Positions 9,328 through 19,893 of a stretch of 64,000 nt of DNA are shown here, one piece after another. The stretch is taken from positions 3,584,001 through 3,648,000 of the forward strand of contig CBDFKD010000002.1 of NCBI GenBank assembly GCA_965248695.1, written 5' to 3'. Position numbers and translations under genes: made by a program. Under the pieces are notes generated by a model. That model was given only the letters and a program-made list of their open reading frames with translations, was not told the origin of the DNA and ran no database searches. How positions within the stretch are numbered: the stretch's first letter is position 1; each line of letters opens with the position of its first letter. This DNA comes from Acidobacteriota bacterium. Lineage in GTDB: Bacteria > Acidobacteriota > UBA890 > WLXD01.

Positions 9328-10944
9328 TTACTGGACAACGCCATTGTTCTCTCTAAAGGCTGGTTTGACTTTTGCCTGCTCCTCCCACTGCTCACCGTAA
9401 AGAGACTTGAAAACTTGAACCTGGTCGGTCGATCCCTTTACAGTGCCGCCCCGCCAAAGGTCATACTCGACATCAGAATAGGTGTCGAAGAACGTGGTGA
9501 GCTTTCCATCCAGTTCCGAAACCACTTCGGCGTAGTCGGGAGTCCCATATAGATCGTGCATTTGCTCCGGATCCGCTTGTATATCGTAGAGCTCATGCTC
9601 ACCTGTACCTTTGAGCCGTTTCCAATATGAATAACGATCGGTTCTGATTGTACGAGTTGCCTCTTCATCCATATACACGGCATCGGCCCATGCCTCGAGC
9701 TTCCTCCCTTCCAGGTGTTCGGCAAAGCTCCTTCCAGGGGAGTTGGCTATTTCCACATCTCCAAACCCAGCCAGATCAAGTATTGTGGGCATGAGGTCGT
9801 ATTGCCCAACGAGCAGATCACTTACTTGCTCTTGTTTGATGGCGCCGGGATAGCGAGCAATGAACGGTACGTTCATCGGCGTATCGTACAGACTCGATGG
9901 AAATGTGCTAGCGGGATGGCCCCAAAGGCCATGTTGTCCGAAGAACATTCCCTGATCACTCGTGTAGATGACTAACGTATCTTCTTCGAGTCCGGTTTCC
10001 TTCAGTGTTGTCAATAGACGGCCGACACCATCGTCCACCATCGTATTTTCTGACGCTATATTGGCCATCGATGCTTGGTCGTTATGCATGCGAGCCAAGC
10101 TGGCGTACCATCCGGAGTAGGGTGGCCTTAACTGCTCGAGTATCCCGTCGTTGATCCTGGTTCTGGGAAACGAAGGGAAATCTCTGTCCTTATAGAATTC
10201 ATAGTGCGGGTTCTTGGCCGGACCGAGGTTCGGTGGAGGTTGCATATAAGGACCGTTGAAGGTAACCAGCAGGAAGAAGGGCCTCTGGTGATCATAGTTC
10301 TCCAGGTATGCGACTGCTTTGTCGGCGAAGAACTCGACACTGTGCTTATCCTCTAATCTGTACGTTCTGTTGTTGTCATTGATCTCAGTGGACCAGAAAT
10401 CGGGGGTGAGGCCACCATCGAACGTCACCCAATAATCGAACCAGCCGTCCGGTGGACGTGTGTGACCTAGGTGCCATTTGCCGATTAATGACGTTCGATA
10501 TCCTCCGGTCCTTAGTGTGTACGGTAATGTTCTGTACTCTCTGATCGCATTCCAATCGTCGGGCCAATTCTCTATCTTTCCGTTATCTAGCCAGGAATGA
10601 ACGCCGTGTTGAGAAGGCATAAGTCCAGTCAGCAGTGTTGCACGTGTTGGAGAACAATAACCGTGCACGGCGAAAACACGCGTAAGACGTATTCCTTCGT
10701 TGGCTAGTCGATCGATATTGGGCGTCCTGACATCCGGGTTTCCATAAGCCCCCAGGATCGAGGCGGGTTGGTTGTCGGCCACTATGTAGAGAATGTTCGG
10801 CCTGACTTGTGCCCCTGCGGACATTGCAGAAGAAACTTGCGGCCGCGCGGGTATTACAGAAAAGAGGAGGAGTAAGGAGATAAACACATATGGCTTCCGA
10901 TGAGTGTGGATGCCATGAACCGTCGCCAACACCTGATCCTTCAT
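9328..10944 (-). CDS. Secreted Cys-type sulfatase
   Basis: PNILYIVADN, CSPTR, GKWHLG, YTSDQG; GGAGG upstream of ATG 10944. Confidence 0.95.
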   Translation of the reverse strand: MKDQVLATVHGIHTHRKPYVFISLLLLFSVIPARPQVSSAMSAGAQVRPNILYIVADNQPASILGAYGNPDVRTPNIDRLANEGIRLTRVFAVHGYCSPTRATLLTGLMPSQHGVHSWLDNGKIENWPDDWNAIREYRTLPYTLRTGGYRTSLIGKWHLGHTRPPDGWFDYWVTFDGGLTPDFWSTEINDNNRTYRLEDKHSVEFFADKAVAYLENYDHQRPFFLLVTFNGPYMQPPPNLGPAKNPHYEFYKDRDFPSFPRTRINDGILEQLRPPYSGWYASLARMHNDQASMANIASENTMVDDGVGRLLTTLKETGLEEDTLVIYTSDQGMFFGQHGLWGHPASTFPSSLYDTPMNVPFIARYPGAIKQEQVSDLLVGQYDLMPTILDLAGFGDVEIANSPGRSFAEHLEGRKLEAWADAVYMDEEATRTIRTDRYSYWKRLKGTGEHELYDIQADPEQMHDLYGTPDYAEVVSELDGKLTTFFDTYSDVEYDLWRGGTVKGSTDQVQVFKSLYGEQWEEQAKVKPAFRENNGVVQ

Positions 10945-11161
10945 AATCAGTTCCTCCGCAATACCGTCGGTCGTCCACGATACGAGGCGTTGGGGAAACA
11001 ACCTGGCAGAGGTCTCGCATCAGCTGACCCGGCAAAGGGAGACCACACCCGAAGAACGCCCTGGTTGTCCTAAGTTACATCACGAGAGAGAGTTGACGGG
11101 CGCTCGCTGAGCCAACGCATGTGTCGCATGAGTCTCACCGGTGGGCACGATGGCTCCAATC

Positions 11162-11180
11162 TGTCACCGAAAATGTCACC
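11162..11180. repeat. Short direct repeat resembling tyrosine-integrase arm-type sites
   Basis: TGTCACC-GAAAA-TGTCACC, 12-bp period; function inferred. Confidence 0.4.
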
Positions 11181-11249
11181 GGGAGCGGGTGCACCCTGCG
11201 GTGAGACCTCTCAGGTGGAGCTTCGGTCCGCGAGACTTCTCTGACGACG

Positions 11250-11325
11250 CTACGGGTCCGTCGGCACGAGCCGGTTTAGCTCGTCCAACCAGTTGAGCAC
11301 GCAAGTGGATCTGTGTGACCGGCCT
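11250..11325 (-). pseudogene. 3' tail of a Ser/Thr kinase-beta-propeller gene
   Basis: (PVTQIH)..VLNWLDELNRLVPTDP*, matches ITNWFEELERLVPTDP* ending at 53714. Confidence 0.8.
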
Positions 11326-11455
11326 TTGCATTGGCCGCGAGATTCATGAACTATGCCGGGGCGGCAAGTGCAGTCGAATACCAGTGGGACAGCGGTCGTG
11401 CCCACCGGCTCATCCTCGGTGCCGGATAGGTCCCCTTTTTCTTGGAGGACTCCAG

Positions 11456-12751
11456 ATGGTGCGTCGAATAGCTTTGGGCCTCGTCGCGATATGGCTCCAT
11501 GCGACTCCAGTGTCCAGCCAGGTTGTCGCGATCAAGGCAGGACAGGTAGTGAACACCGAGTCCGGCACGACCGCGACAAACCAAATCATTATCGTCGAGT
11601 CTGGTGTCGTTAAGGCGGTTGGCCCGGGTCTTCCGATCCCGGACGGTGCGGAGCTTGTGGACCTCTCGACCTCGACCGTCCTCCCGGGACTATTCGATGC
11701 CCATACGCACCTTTGCATGAACGTTCGTCCTGGACGCGACGCGGGCAATTACTACTTCACCACCCTGCAGGATTCCGATGCAGCGCGGGCACTCGATGGT
11801 GTAATAAACGGCCGGTCGATGCTCAACGCAGGCTTCACCACCGTTCGTGACATCGGCAATGAGGGGGCGTATGCGTGCACGGAGTTGCGCCGTGCCATTG
11901 AAACGGGGCGTCTTGTTGGTCCCACAATAATCAATGCCGGTCGGATCATCGCCCCGTTTGGGGGGCAGTTCAGCCTCCAGCCAGACAGGCCAAATCTCGG
12001 TGAGCCCGAGTATTTCTTCGCCGATACGCGGGACGAAATGGTCAAAGCCATCCGCGAAAACGTCCATTACGGCGCGATGGTGATCAAGATCGTGGTCGAT
12101 GATCAGGACTACATTTACTCGTCTGATGACATCAGGTTCATGAAAGAGGAGGCGGCTCGCGCCGGTCGGCGGTTGGCCGCACACGCCTGGACAGCCAAGG
12201 GCGCTCACAATGCGGCTGAAGCCGGGGTTGCCTCGATAGAGCATGTGTGGGCGATCGAGGATGCTGACCTCGAATTGGCAAAAGCAAATGGTGTCACTGC
12301 TGTCTTTACACCGTTCCCGAACGAAGAGTGGAGCGCCTGCTGCCGGCAGCACTACCCGGGATTCGTATTGGAGAGGCCCACGGCTGAGGAAATGGCTGGA
12401 GTGCATGCCCAGCAGATCGACCGCATCAGCAGTGCCCTGAGGATCGGGGTTCCGATGGTTTTCGGCTCCGATGCCGTCACTGAGCTACCCGGGCACACGC
12501 GTGGGACTCTGGCCATGAGCCGCATCGACATGTTTACGGAGGCAGGGATGACGCCCGCTCACCTACTCCGGTCCATGACGACAAGCGCCGCGGAACTATT
12601 GGGCGTGGCCGAAGTGCGCGGAACGATTGCTCCGGGAATGGCCGCGGACCTCATTGCGACACCGCGCAATCCCCTTGATGACATCCAGGAACTGAAGCGC
12701 GTGTTCTTTGTCATGAAAGACGGCGTGATCGTTCGTCAGGGTCCAGGCTAG
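11456..12751 (+). CDS. Secreted amidohydrolase_1 (Xaa-Pro dipeptidase-like)
   Basis: LPGLFDAHTH, GFTTVRD, AAHA, SIEH, FGSDA, GMAADLIA; GGAGG before ATG. Confidence 0.93.
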   Translation: MVRRIALGLVAIWLHATPVSSQVVAIKAGQVVNTESGTTATNQIIIVESGVVKAVGPGLPIPDGAELVDLSTSTVLPGLFDAHTHLCMNVRPGRDAGNYYFTTLQDSDAARALDGVINGRSMLNAGFTTVRDIGNEGAYACTELRRAIETGRLVGPTIINAGRIIAPFGGQFSLQPDRPNLGEPEYFFADTRDEMVKAIRENVHYGAMVIKIVVDDQDYIYSSDDIRFMKEEAARAGRRLAAHAWTAKGAHNAAEAGVASIEHVWAIEDADLELAKANGVTAVFTPFPNEEWSACCRQHYPGFVLERPTAEEMAGVHAQQIDRISSALRIGVPMVFGSDAVTELPGHTRGTLAMSRIDMFTEAGMTPAHLLRSMTTSAAELLGVAEVRGTIAPGMAADLIATPRNPLDDIQELKRVFFVMKDGVIVRQGPG

Positions 12752-12758
12752 GGGCAGG

Positions 12759-15440
12759 TCAATAGGTCCAGAAGTCGGGGGTCGGCATGCCGGTGGCCGC
12801 TATCTCCCGCGTGTATAGCGAGGCGTTGAATAGGACGCGGAACGTTCCGAATGGTTGGGCGCGCCACTGCGGCCGGAAGCCTAGCAGGACCACGTGGCCG
12901 TCGCCGTGCGCGACGTCGATCGCGGCGGCGTAGCCTCGCATGTGCTCCTCGCCGAGCAGGAAGCCGGACAGCAGCGGCGATCCGGCCGTCGCGTACTTGG
13001 CGAGCACGCTGCCATGAAAGCCTTCTTCAGTCGTGAACACCGGGCTGTTCATGAACATGATCTTGGCGCGCTCCGGCATGCCGCCCATGATCGGGTGGGC
13101 GGTGTCGACGGTGGCCTCGACGACCGATCCACTGATGAAGAAGTCCGTTGATTCGAGTTCCCTGACGACGTCGCGAACTGGCAAATGGAGCTCATCGATG
13201 GCGAAGCGGCTGCTGCGGTTGAGGCAGACGAGAGTCCCTCCGTCGCGTACGAAAGCGTCGAGGGCGCGGGTCCCCTCGCGGCCGATGCCTCCGGTGTAGG
13301 GCGGCGGAACGCTGCCGACCGGGGCGCCTTCGATGATCTGTTGTGGCGACAGATCTACGAGCACGATGACGTCGTAGCGCCCGCGCAGGTCGCCTGCCCG
13401 CATGTCGGCGTTGTAGACGGTCTTGAATCCAAAGCCGTACTGCTCGAGCAGCCAACGCGTCCATCCCTCGTCCATGCTCGGTTGCCACGGCCGATAAAGC
13501 CCGATGCGGGGCCGCCGCACGGTCTCACCGGCGGTGGGCCCACGTTCCGCTTGGAGAGCCAACTCCTTGACCATCGAGTCGACCTGTCCGGCGGAGAGCC
13601 CGGAGACGATGTATCGACTCCCTGCGCCGCCGGAGGAAGCGGCGCGGAAACGTACATGCGCCCCCGAGCCCCAGGCGCGATTCACGGCACGGAAGCTGTT
13701 GTTCTGCGCCGGATCGAGCAGCAGCGCCGGACCGTTCCCGGTTACCGAGCCTGCCGGAGGCGTGATGGCGGCGGCGATCGGATGGGTGTTGAAGCCAGCG
13801 CCCGGGACGCTGTCGAAGGGCTCTGCGTCCCCCTCGACGCTCCAGTCTACGGTCTCACCGACCACCGGCACCATCGTCGCCTGGACCGAATCGTCGAGCG
13901 GCGAGCCAGTTGCGACCGTGCGGACGTCCATCTGATAGGGCAGCGTCCAGCCGGCGATGTCGTACGGAAGATCGGGCGGACCTCCGGGATATTGGCGGAG
14001 ATCCGGATAGCGCTGTACGTCCAAGAGTACGGCCGCGAAGTTGGCGTTGGCGCGATCCATGGGTATGACCCAGGTGCCCGCGGGGTGGGTCTGACCGTCG
14101 ACCACCGCGTCCTGATTCAGGCGGTACACCGCAACGTCGTGGAAAGCTAGCCGCCGCAACAACTCGACTGCCGCCACCGGATCACGCTGTTGCACCGGTA
14201 TGAAGTACGCGTACGGCGGGCTCTCCGAGTAGTGTCGGATGGTGTCGCGCCCGGCCACGTAGCGGTTGTACAAGAATCGCTCTCGGAACTTCGCGCTCAT
14301 GTCGAGCGTCGACCAGGTGGTCGCCAACATGATGTTGATCGAGTCGCGTTGTCGCCACCAACCACCGCGCCACAGCGACGCGTGAAGCGACTCGGGTAGC
14401 AGCGCTTGGTGCTCCGGCGGGAAGTCGCGCACACTGTAGAAGCGCGGCGAAGGTGAGGTATGCAGACCCACCTCGCTGAACATGCTGACGACGTTGTGGA
14501 AGAAGTTGCCGTAGTCGATGTAGCCGGGGTACCAGAAGTCGTAAAACTCACCCATGTGCTCGGCGCCGGGCAGGCCTTTCTCGTCCATCGCTTGGGCGGC
14601 CGCAGTGCCCAGCAGGTTGAGCGTCCGGGTCATCAAGGGGTGCACGTATGGGCTGATCGGCTCGCCGTTAGGCGGTAGCCACATGGTCGAGGGGAACGTC
14701 GCAGTCATGTGGTGGGTATAGAGAACCTGCGGCTCCCAATGACGCAGGAGCCGCACCACAGTCCGCGACTCGATCATGTTCAGGCCATAGGCGTCGCGGT
14801 TGTTGTCATGGCCGATGTACTTCTGGTACAGGCGCGGCATCGGGGCGGTCTCGTATGGGGTCCCGAGGTTCTGGCGGTACCAGTCGACGACCATGTTCTG
14901 GCCGTCAGGGTTGATCGAGGGATAGAGAATGAGAATGACTTCGTTGAGGATTTCGCGCGCGATCGATCCCTCCTTTTCTGTGATCAGGTCGTATGCGAAC
15001 TGGATGGTGAGCTGGGCGTGAGCGCTCTCGCTCGCGTGTAGGCCCCCATCGACCGTGACGATCACCTTGCCCTCCTGCGCCAGCGCCCGCGCCTCCTCGT
15101 CGGACAGCCCGACGGGGTTGGCGAGGCGCTTGGAAATCTCGCGATAGTGCTCGGCGTTCGCAAGGTTCTCCGGCGACGAGATCAACGCGATGAACCAGGG
15201 TCGACCCTCGGAAGTACGGCCGATCTCGCGCAGCTCCAAGCGATCGCTGGCAGCGTCCAATGCCCGGAAATAGGCGATCGACTCGTCGTAGGATGCGAGC
15301 TTGAAATCATCGCCGACGTGGAATCCAAGGATCTCTTCGGGAGCGGGCACGTGCGTCTGCGCCCCTGCAGCCCCGGGTGCCGGGCTTACGACGACGATCA
15401 GGAAGAAGAGGGCGCAGGCAACGCGTTGCGTCGAGTTCAT
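12759..15440 (-). CDS. M14 zinc carboxypeptidase with C-terminal glutamine-amidotransferase-like domain
   Basis: Signal peptide; GGLHASE, NPDG, GHDNNRD; MDEGWTRW. Confidence 0.92.
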   Translation of the reverse strand: MNSTQRVACALFFLIVVVSPAPGAAGAQTHVPAPEEILGFHVGDDFKLASYDESIAYFRALDAASDRLELREIGRTSEGRPWFIALISSPENLANAEHYREISKRLANPVGLSDEEARALAQEGKVIVTVDGGLHASESAHAQLTIQFAYDLITEKEGSIAREILNEVILILYPSINPDGQNMVVDWYRQNLGTPYETAPMPRLYQKYIGHDNNRDAYGLNMIESRTVVRLLRHWEPQVLYTHHMTATFPSTMWLPPNGEPISPYVHPLMTRTLNLLGTAAAQAMDEKGLPGAEHMGEFYDFWYPGYIDYGNFFHNVVSMFSEVGLHTSPSPRFYSVRDFPPEHQALLPESLHASLWRGGWWRQRDSINIMLATTWSTLDMSAKFRERFLYNRYVAGRDTIRHYSESPPYAYFIPVQQRDPVAAVELLRRLAFHDVAVYRLNQDAVVDGQTHPAGTWVIPMDRANANFAAVLLDVQRYPDLRQYPGGPPDLPYDIAGWTLPYQMDVRTVATGSPLDDSVQATMVPVVGETVDWSVEGDAEPFDSVPGAGFNTHPIAAAITPPAGSVTGNGPALLLDPAQNNSFRAVNRAWGSGAHVRFRAASSGGAGSRYIVSGLSAGQVDSMVKELALQAERGPTAGETVRRPRIGLYRPWQPSMDEGWTRWLLEQYGFGFKTVYNADMRAGDLRGRYDVIVLVDLSPQQIIEGAPVGSVPPPYTGGIGREGTRALDAFVRDGGTLVCLNRSSRFAIDELHLPVRDVVRELESTDFFISGSVVEATVDTAHPIMGGMPERAKIMFMNSPVFTTEEGFHGSVLAKYATAGSPLLSGFLLGEEHMRGYAAAIDVAHGDGHVVLLGFRPQWRAQPFGTFRVLFNASLYTREIAATGMPTPDFWTY

Positions 15441-15536
15441 TGGGTCAACTCCAAAGCCAGGGCCGGAACCGCGTTCCGAATTGAAGAGATCGATTGCAGC
15501 AGTCGCCAACCAAACCGCATATCAGCGAGGTGAGCC

Positions 15537-16785
15537 ATGGAGCGCAGGGATTCTTCGCGATCAGAGATCCGGCCGGGGAATCCGGGAAAGGGGATCTCCA
15601 CCGCAGTCTGTTGGTTGATGTTGATGACCGGTTGCTCCGGGATGCCACCGACCTCTGCCTGGCAGGAAGAGAGCCTCGCAGTAGACGAGCTTTTCGAGGG
15701 TATCGTCACAGAAGGCACACCCGGCTGCGCAGTAGGGGTCATTCATCAGGGGGAGTACATCCACAAGGCGGGCTATGGGATGGCCAACCTCGAACACGAT
15801 ATCCCGATCTCGACATCCTCTGTGTTCCGGGTAGGTTCGATTTCCAAGCAGTTCACCGCGATGTCGATCGCGATCCTGGCTGAGCGCGGCGAGCTCGATC
15901 TTGATGCAGATGTCCATACCTATCTTCCGGAACTACGGGATTACGGCCACAAAGTCACGGGAGGTCGTCCGGCAGATGGTGCATCACGTTAGCGGCATGG
16001 CCCACTACTCGGGGCGTGACGCTGAGCTCTCGACGCCGCGGATGACCCTCGCTCGGCTCGCTGAGGCGGGTCACGGGGTGTTCGAGCGCCCTGAGCTTCG
16101 AGAAACGACATCGCCGCAGAGTTTCGCCAACGGTGATCATCTCACCGTTGACGAGTTCTACGCTGGCCTCGCGATGCTGGAGCTACGCACGCCACCGGAA
16201 ACAGAGTTCCGCTACAACAATGCAGCGTATGTTCTTCTGTGGCTGCTAGCGGAGCGTGTGTCCGGCAAGACTTTGCGCGAACTTGCAGCCGCCGAGATCT
16301 TCGGCCCCCTGGGCATGGAGCACAGCTTCTTCAACGACGATGCGACGGGCATCGTACGGGAGCGTGCCGACGGCTATCGCAAGACAGAAGCCGGTGCCTG
16401 GCATATCTACAAGGTCGACTTGGACTTGCTGGGCGACGGTGGCGTGTTCACGACCATCGACGACTTCATCCAGTGGGATCAGAACTTCTACGACAACAAG
16501 CTTGGCAGTGGTGGACAATCGCTGATGGACATCGTCCTCTCTACACATCCAGTGGCGTGGAGGAATGGTAGCCAGTACGCCTTCGGGCTGAGTATCGGCG
16601 AGTACGAAGGACACCGCAGAGTGTTTCACGGAGGCGCCTGGGTCGGTTACCGCGCCTTCTACGAACGCTTTCCAGATCTGCAGTTCTCCGTCGTCACCCT
16701 CTGTAACTTCGCAAGCGCGACGCCCTGGGAGTTCTCTGAGAGGGTGGCGGACATTTACCTGCCTTCCGTGAGCTCGGCGCGCTGA
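15537..16785 (+). pseudogene. Serine hydrolase (beta-lactamase family) split into two ORFs
   Basis: SISK in 15537-15992; YNN and HGG in the +1 frame ending 16785; apparent 7-nt insertion at 15960-15966. Confidence 0.88.
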
Positions 16786-16846
16786 AGACGTAACGGACGG
16801 AGCAGTAGGTATCGTGCCGCAACCTGATGGAGAAGGAGGCAACGCC

Positions 16847-17913
16847 ATGCGCATCCGCGTGTCCGCACTCGTCATCTTGTTCAGTCTCTGTCTAGTGGCG
16901 ACCAACCCTGCGGAGCCAAGCGGGCCGCAATCGGAGACCGCCGAACCCCCCACCTGGTCGCTTGCAGCTACCGGCGACTCGATCATCACTCGGCCCGTTT
17001 CCATCTACGACGATGAGCGGTTGCTGGACCTCGTCGAGCTTGTCCGAGGCGCTGACATTGCGTTCACCAACGTCGAAACTACGATTCTTCGACTATGGGA
17101 CTTCAAGGGCTGGCCGGCGGCTGGCGCCTGGGAACAACGCGGCCCCCCGGAGATGGCCGATGAGCTCAAGTGGATGGGATTTGATCTGGCGAATTTCGCC
17201 AACAACCACACCGGCGACTTCGGTATCGAAGGCATGGTCGCGACGATGCGCAATCTCGAGCGTGCCGGGCTGGTGCACTCAGGAGCCGGCATGAATCTCG
17301 GCCGCGCGAGCGCGCCCGCCTACCTGGATACGAAGAAGGGTCGCGTTGCGCTGATCGGTCTGGCGAGCACGTTCGCGCGCCATGCCCGCGCCGCGCCGAC
17401 CCGTTTGGACTCTCGGGGCCGACCGGGGCTCAACCCGCTGCGAGTCAATCGGACCTATCAAGTAGATCCTGAGCGAATGGCAGATCTACGTCGGATCGGC
17501 GAGGAGCTTGGCAGTGCCGTGCCCGAGTCACCGGAGGAGCCTCTCCGGGTTGGGGGTACTACCTTCGTTCAGGGACCGGAAACGAAACTGATCGAGACGG
17601 TGAACTCCCAGGACGAGGAGCGGATCCTCCACGTGATTCGCAATGCGGCCAAGCAGGCCGATTTCGTCATCGTCAACAGCCACTCCCATGAAAGCGGCAA
17701 CACTAACGAGGAGCCGCCGACGTGGCTCATCGGGTTCATCAAGAAGTGTCTCGACGCGGGCGCGGTCACCTATATCGTCCACGGGCCGCACCGGCTCAGG
17801 GGTATCGAGATCTACAAGGGCAAGCCCATCTTCTACAGCTTGGCGGATTTCATTTTTCAGTATGAGACCGAGGAGCCGGTGTCTCAGGATACATACGAGG
17901 CGTTTGATGTCGT
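16847..17913 (+). pseudogene. CapA/PGA_cap-family metallophosphoesterase, 5' part
   Basis: ATGD, NVE, ANNH.GDFG, HSHE, HGPH, PIFYSL; cut by IS3 at 17914; 3' part at 49315-49646. Confidence 0.92.
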
Positions 17914-19173
17914 TGACCTGACCCCGCGGTTAGTACCATGTCTTATCTCAGTAACTCGGTGCTGACAAGAGGTTGTTGAGGCCGGCGAAGCGGAGCGCAG
18001 CCGGCTTCAACAACGTCGCTTCGGGTGCGGGCGGCCGATAGCTCAGCGAGCTGTGCGGTCGCATGCGGTTGTAGTGCTGACGCCATCTCTCGATCAGAAC
18101 CTTTGCCTCCTTGAGCGTGTAGAAGATCTCTCCATCCAGCAGCTCGTCGCGTAGCTTGCCGTTGAAGCTCTCCACGTAACCGTTCTCCCACGGCGAGCCC
18201 GGCTCGATGAACAGCGTCCCCACGCCCAACCGGCCCAGCCAGTCGCGAACCGCCTCGGCGGTGAACTCTGGTCCGTTATCCGACCGGATGTGCTCAGGTA
18301 TGCCCCGGTGTACGAACAACCTCCCGAGCTGCTCCAGCACGTCCTCAGAGTTGAGCTTCCGTGCTACATGGATCGCCAGGCTTTCTCGTGTGTACTCATC
18401 GACGATCGTCAGCAGCCTCATAGCCCGACCGTCGTGCGTCCGGTGGTGCAGGAAGTCATACGCCCAGACATGATCCCGGTGCTGTGGGCGCAGCCGGATG
18501 CAGGAGCCATCGCTCAGCCACAGCCGTGCTCGTTTGGGCTGTTTTCTCGGTACTTTCAGCCCTTCGCGCCGCCAGATACGCTGCACTCGTTTGTGGTTCA
18601 CGGACCAGCCCTCCATGCGCAGCAACGCTGTCACCCTCCGATATCCGTAGCGCCCGTACTGTCGGGCTAAATCCACGATCCGCTCCGTCAAAATCTGCTC
18701 CTGTTGCGGCTCTCTTGGCACGTACCGGTGTGTCGTGCGTGGTTGTTTCAGTACCCGACACGCCCGCCTCTCCGAGACGCCCAGCCGCCCCCGTACATGT
18801 GCCACCGCCTCTCGCCGCCGAGCTGGGCTCAGAAGTTTCCCTCCGCCACTTCCTTCAGGATCGACAGGTCGAGTTCCTTTTCCGCCACCAGCCTCTTGAG
18901 CCGGGCATTCTCCTTCTCCAGTTGCTTGAGCTTTCTGGCCTGGTTGAGCTTCAGTCCGCCGTACTCTCGCCGCCACCGGTAGTAGGTGTGCTCGGTGATT
19001 GCTAGCTTGCGGCAGGCATCCTTGACCGTCGCCCCTCGAGCCAGCTCCACCTCAGCCTCCCGGAGCTTGCGTACGATCTGCTCGGCGCTGTGCCTCTTAC
19101 TCGGCATTCTGACCTCCCGTTCTTGACCCAGATCGTGAGATTACATCCGGATCCGTTTTCGGGGGTCAGGTCA
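17914..19173 (-). mobile_element. IS3-family element type A, copy 2 (1260 bp, complete)
   Basis: TGACCTGACCCC termini; reverse complement of 49647-50906. Confidence 0.97.
17948..19107 (-). CDS. IS3 transposase OrfAB (programmed -1 frameshift)
   Basis: OrfA 18829-19107 plus OrfB with DDE motifs; GGGAAAC slippery site. Confidence 0.93.
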
Positions 19174-19710
19174 TTGTCGCGCTTCGCAGAACTCGATGTG
19201 ATCGCGAACTTCCAACCCATGTGGGCCCAGACCGATCCACACATGATTGATCTCACGATACCCAAATTGGGTCCGGAGCGAACAAGTTGGTTGTATCCAT
19301 TTCGCAGCATCGTCGCCTCTGGCGCCAGAATCGCCTTCGGCAGCGATTGGTCCGTCACATCGATGAATCCGCTCGACAACATTCAGGTAGCGGTTACTCG
19401 CTCCCGCTTTGCCTCCAACCTCAGGCCAGGGGATCCTCCGCCACCGGGGCTTGATGGTTCTGGGCCTAGTTGGATCCCTGGGAAACGCGTGGATCTAGAA
19501 ACCGCAATCGCCGCCTACACGCTCGACGTTGCCTACCTCAACTTTCAGGAGGACGAGGTCGGCTCGATCGAGGTCGGGAAATACGCAGACCTTGCAGTTC
19601 TCGATCGAAACGTTTTCGAGGTGCCACCCTCTGACATTCACAAAGCGAGAGTCCTGCTGACACTCCTGGAGGGCGAATCCGTCTACGAAGATCCGGCATG
19701 GACCTGGTAA
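19174..19710 (+). pseudogene. Amidohydrolase_3, 3' part
   Basis: RFAELDVIANFQP, FGSDW, GSIEVGKYADL; begins at the IS end with no start codon of its own. Confidence 0.9.
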
Positions 19711-19720
19711 CGGTCCGCGT

Positions 19721-19756
19721 GACGAGCTAAAGCGGTTCGTGCCGACGGACCCGTAG
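19721..19756 (+). pseudogene. 3' tail of a Ser/Thr kinase-beta-propeller gene
   Basis: DELKRFVPTDP*; DNA nearly identical to the tail at 11250-11285 (reverse complement). Confidence 0.75.
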
Positions 19757-19846
19757 CGGCGCTGAGTGAGCGTTTCCAGCCGCAATGACATCCATTGACA
19801 TTTCGGGTTCAAACAGCATCAAACCGACGCAACTAGCGTCAAAACC

Positions 19847-19893
19847 ACCAGCCCGCAAGTTCAAGCCACGTCAAGGGATAGCAACAATCGTCA
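19847..19893 (+). repeat. 47-bp dispersed direct repeat, copy A (att-site-like)
   Basis: 44/47 identical to 42005-42051. Confidence 0.85.

Noticed and set aside
19090-19710. 206-aa ORF as a small intact gene
   Set aside because: The first 28 codons are the IS3 end; the rest is an amidohydrolase 3' fragment
19785-19892. Extended N-terminus of the ADOP permease
   Set aside because: Translation of the 47-bp repeat region (the same RKFKPRQGIATIV appears at 41910-42095); ATG 19893 fits better
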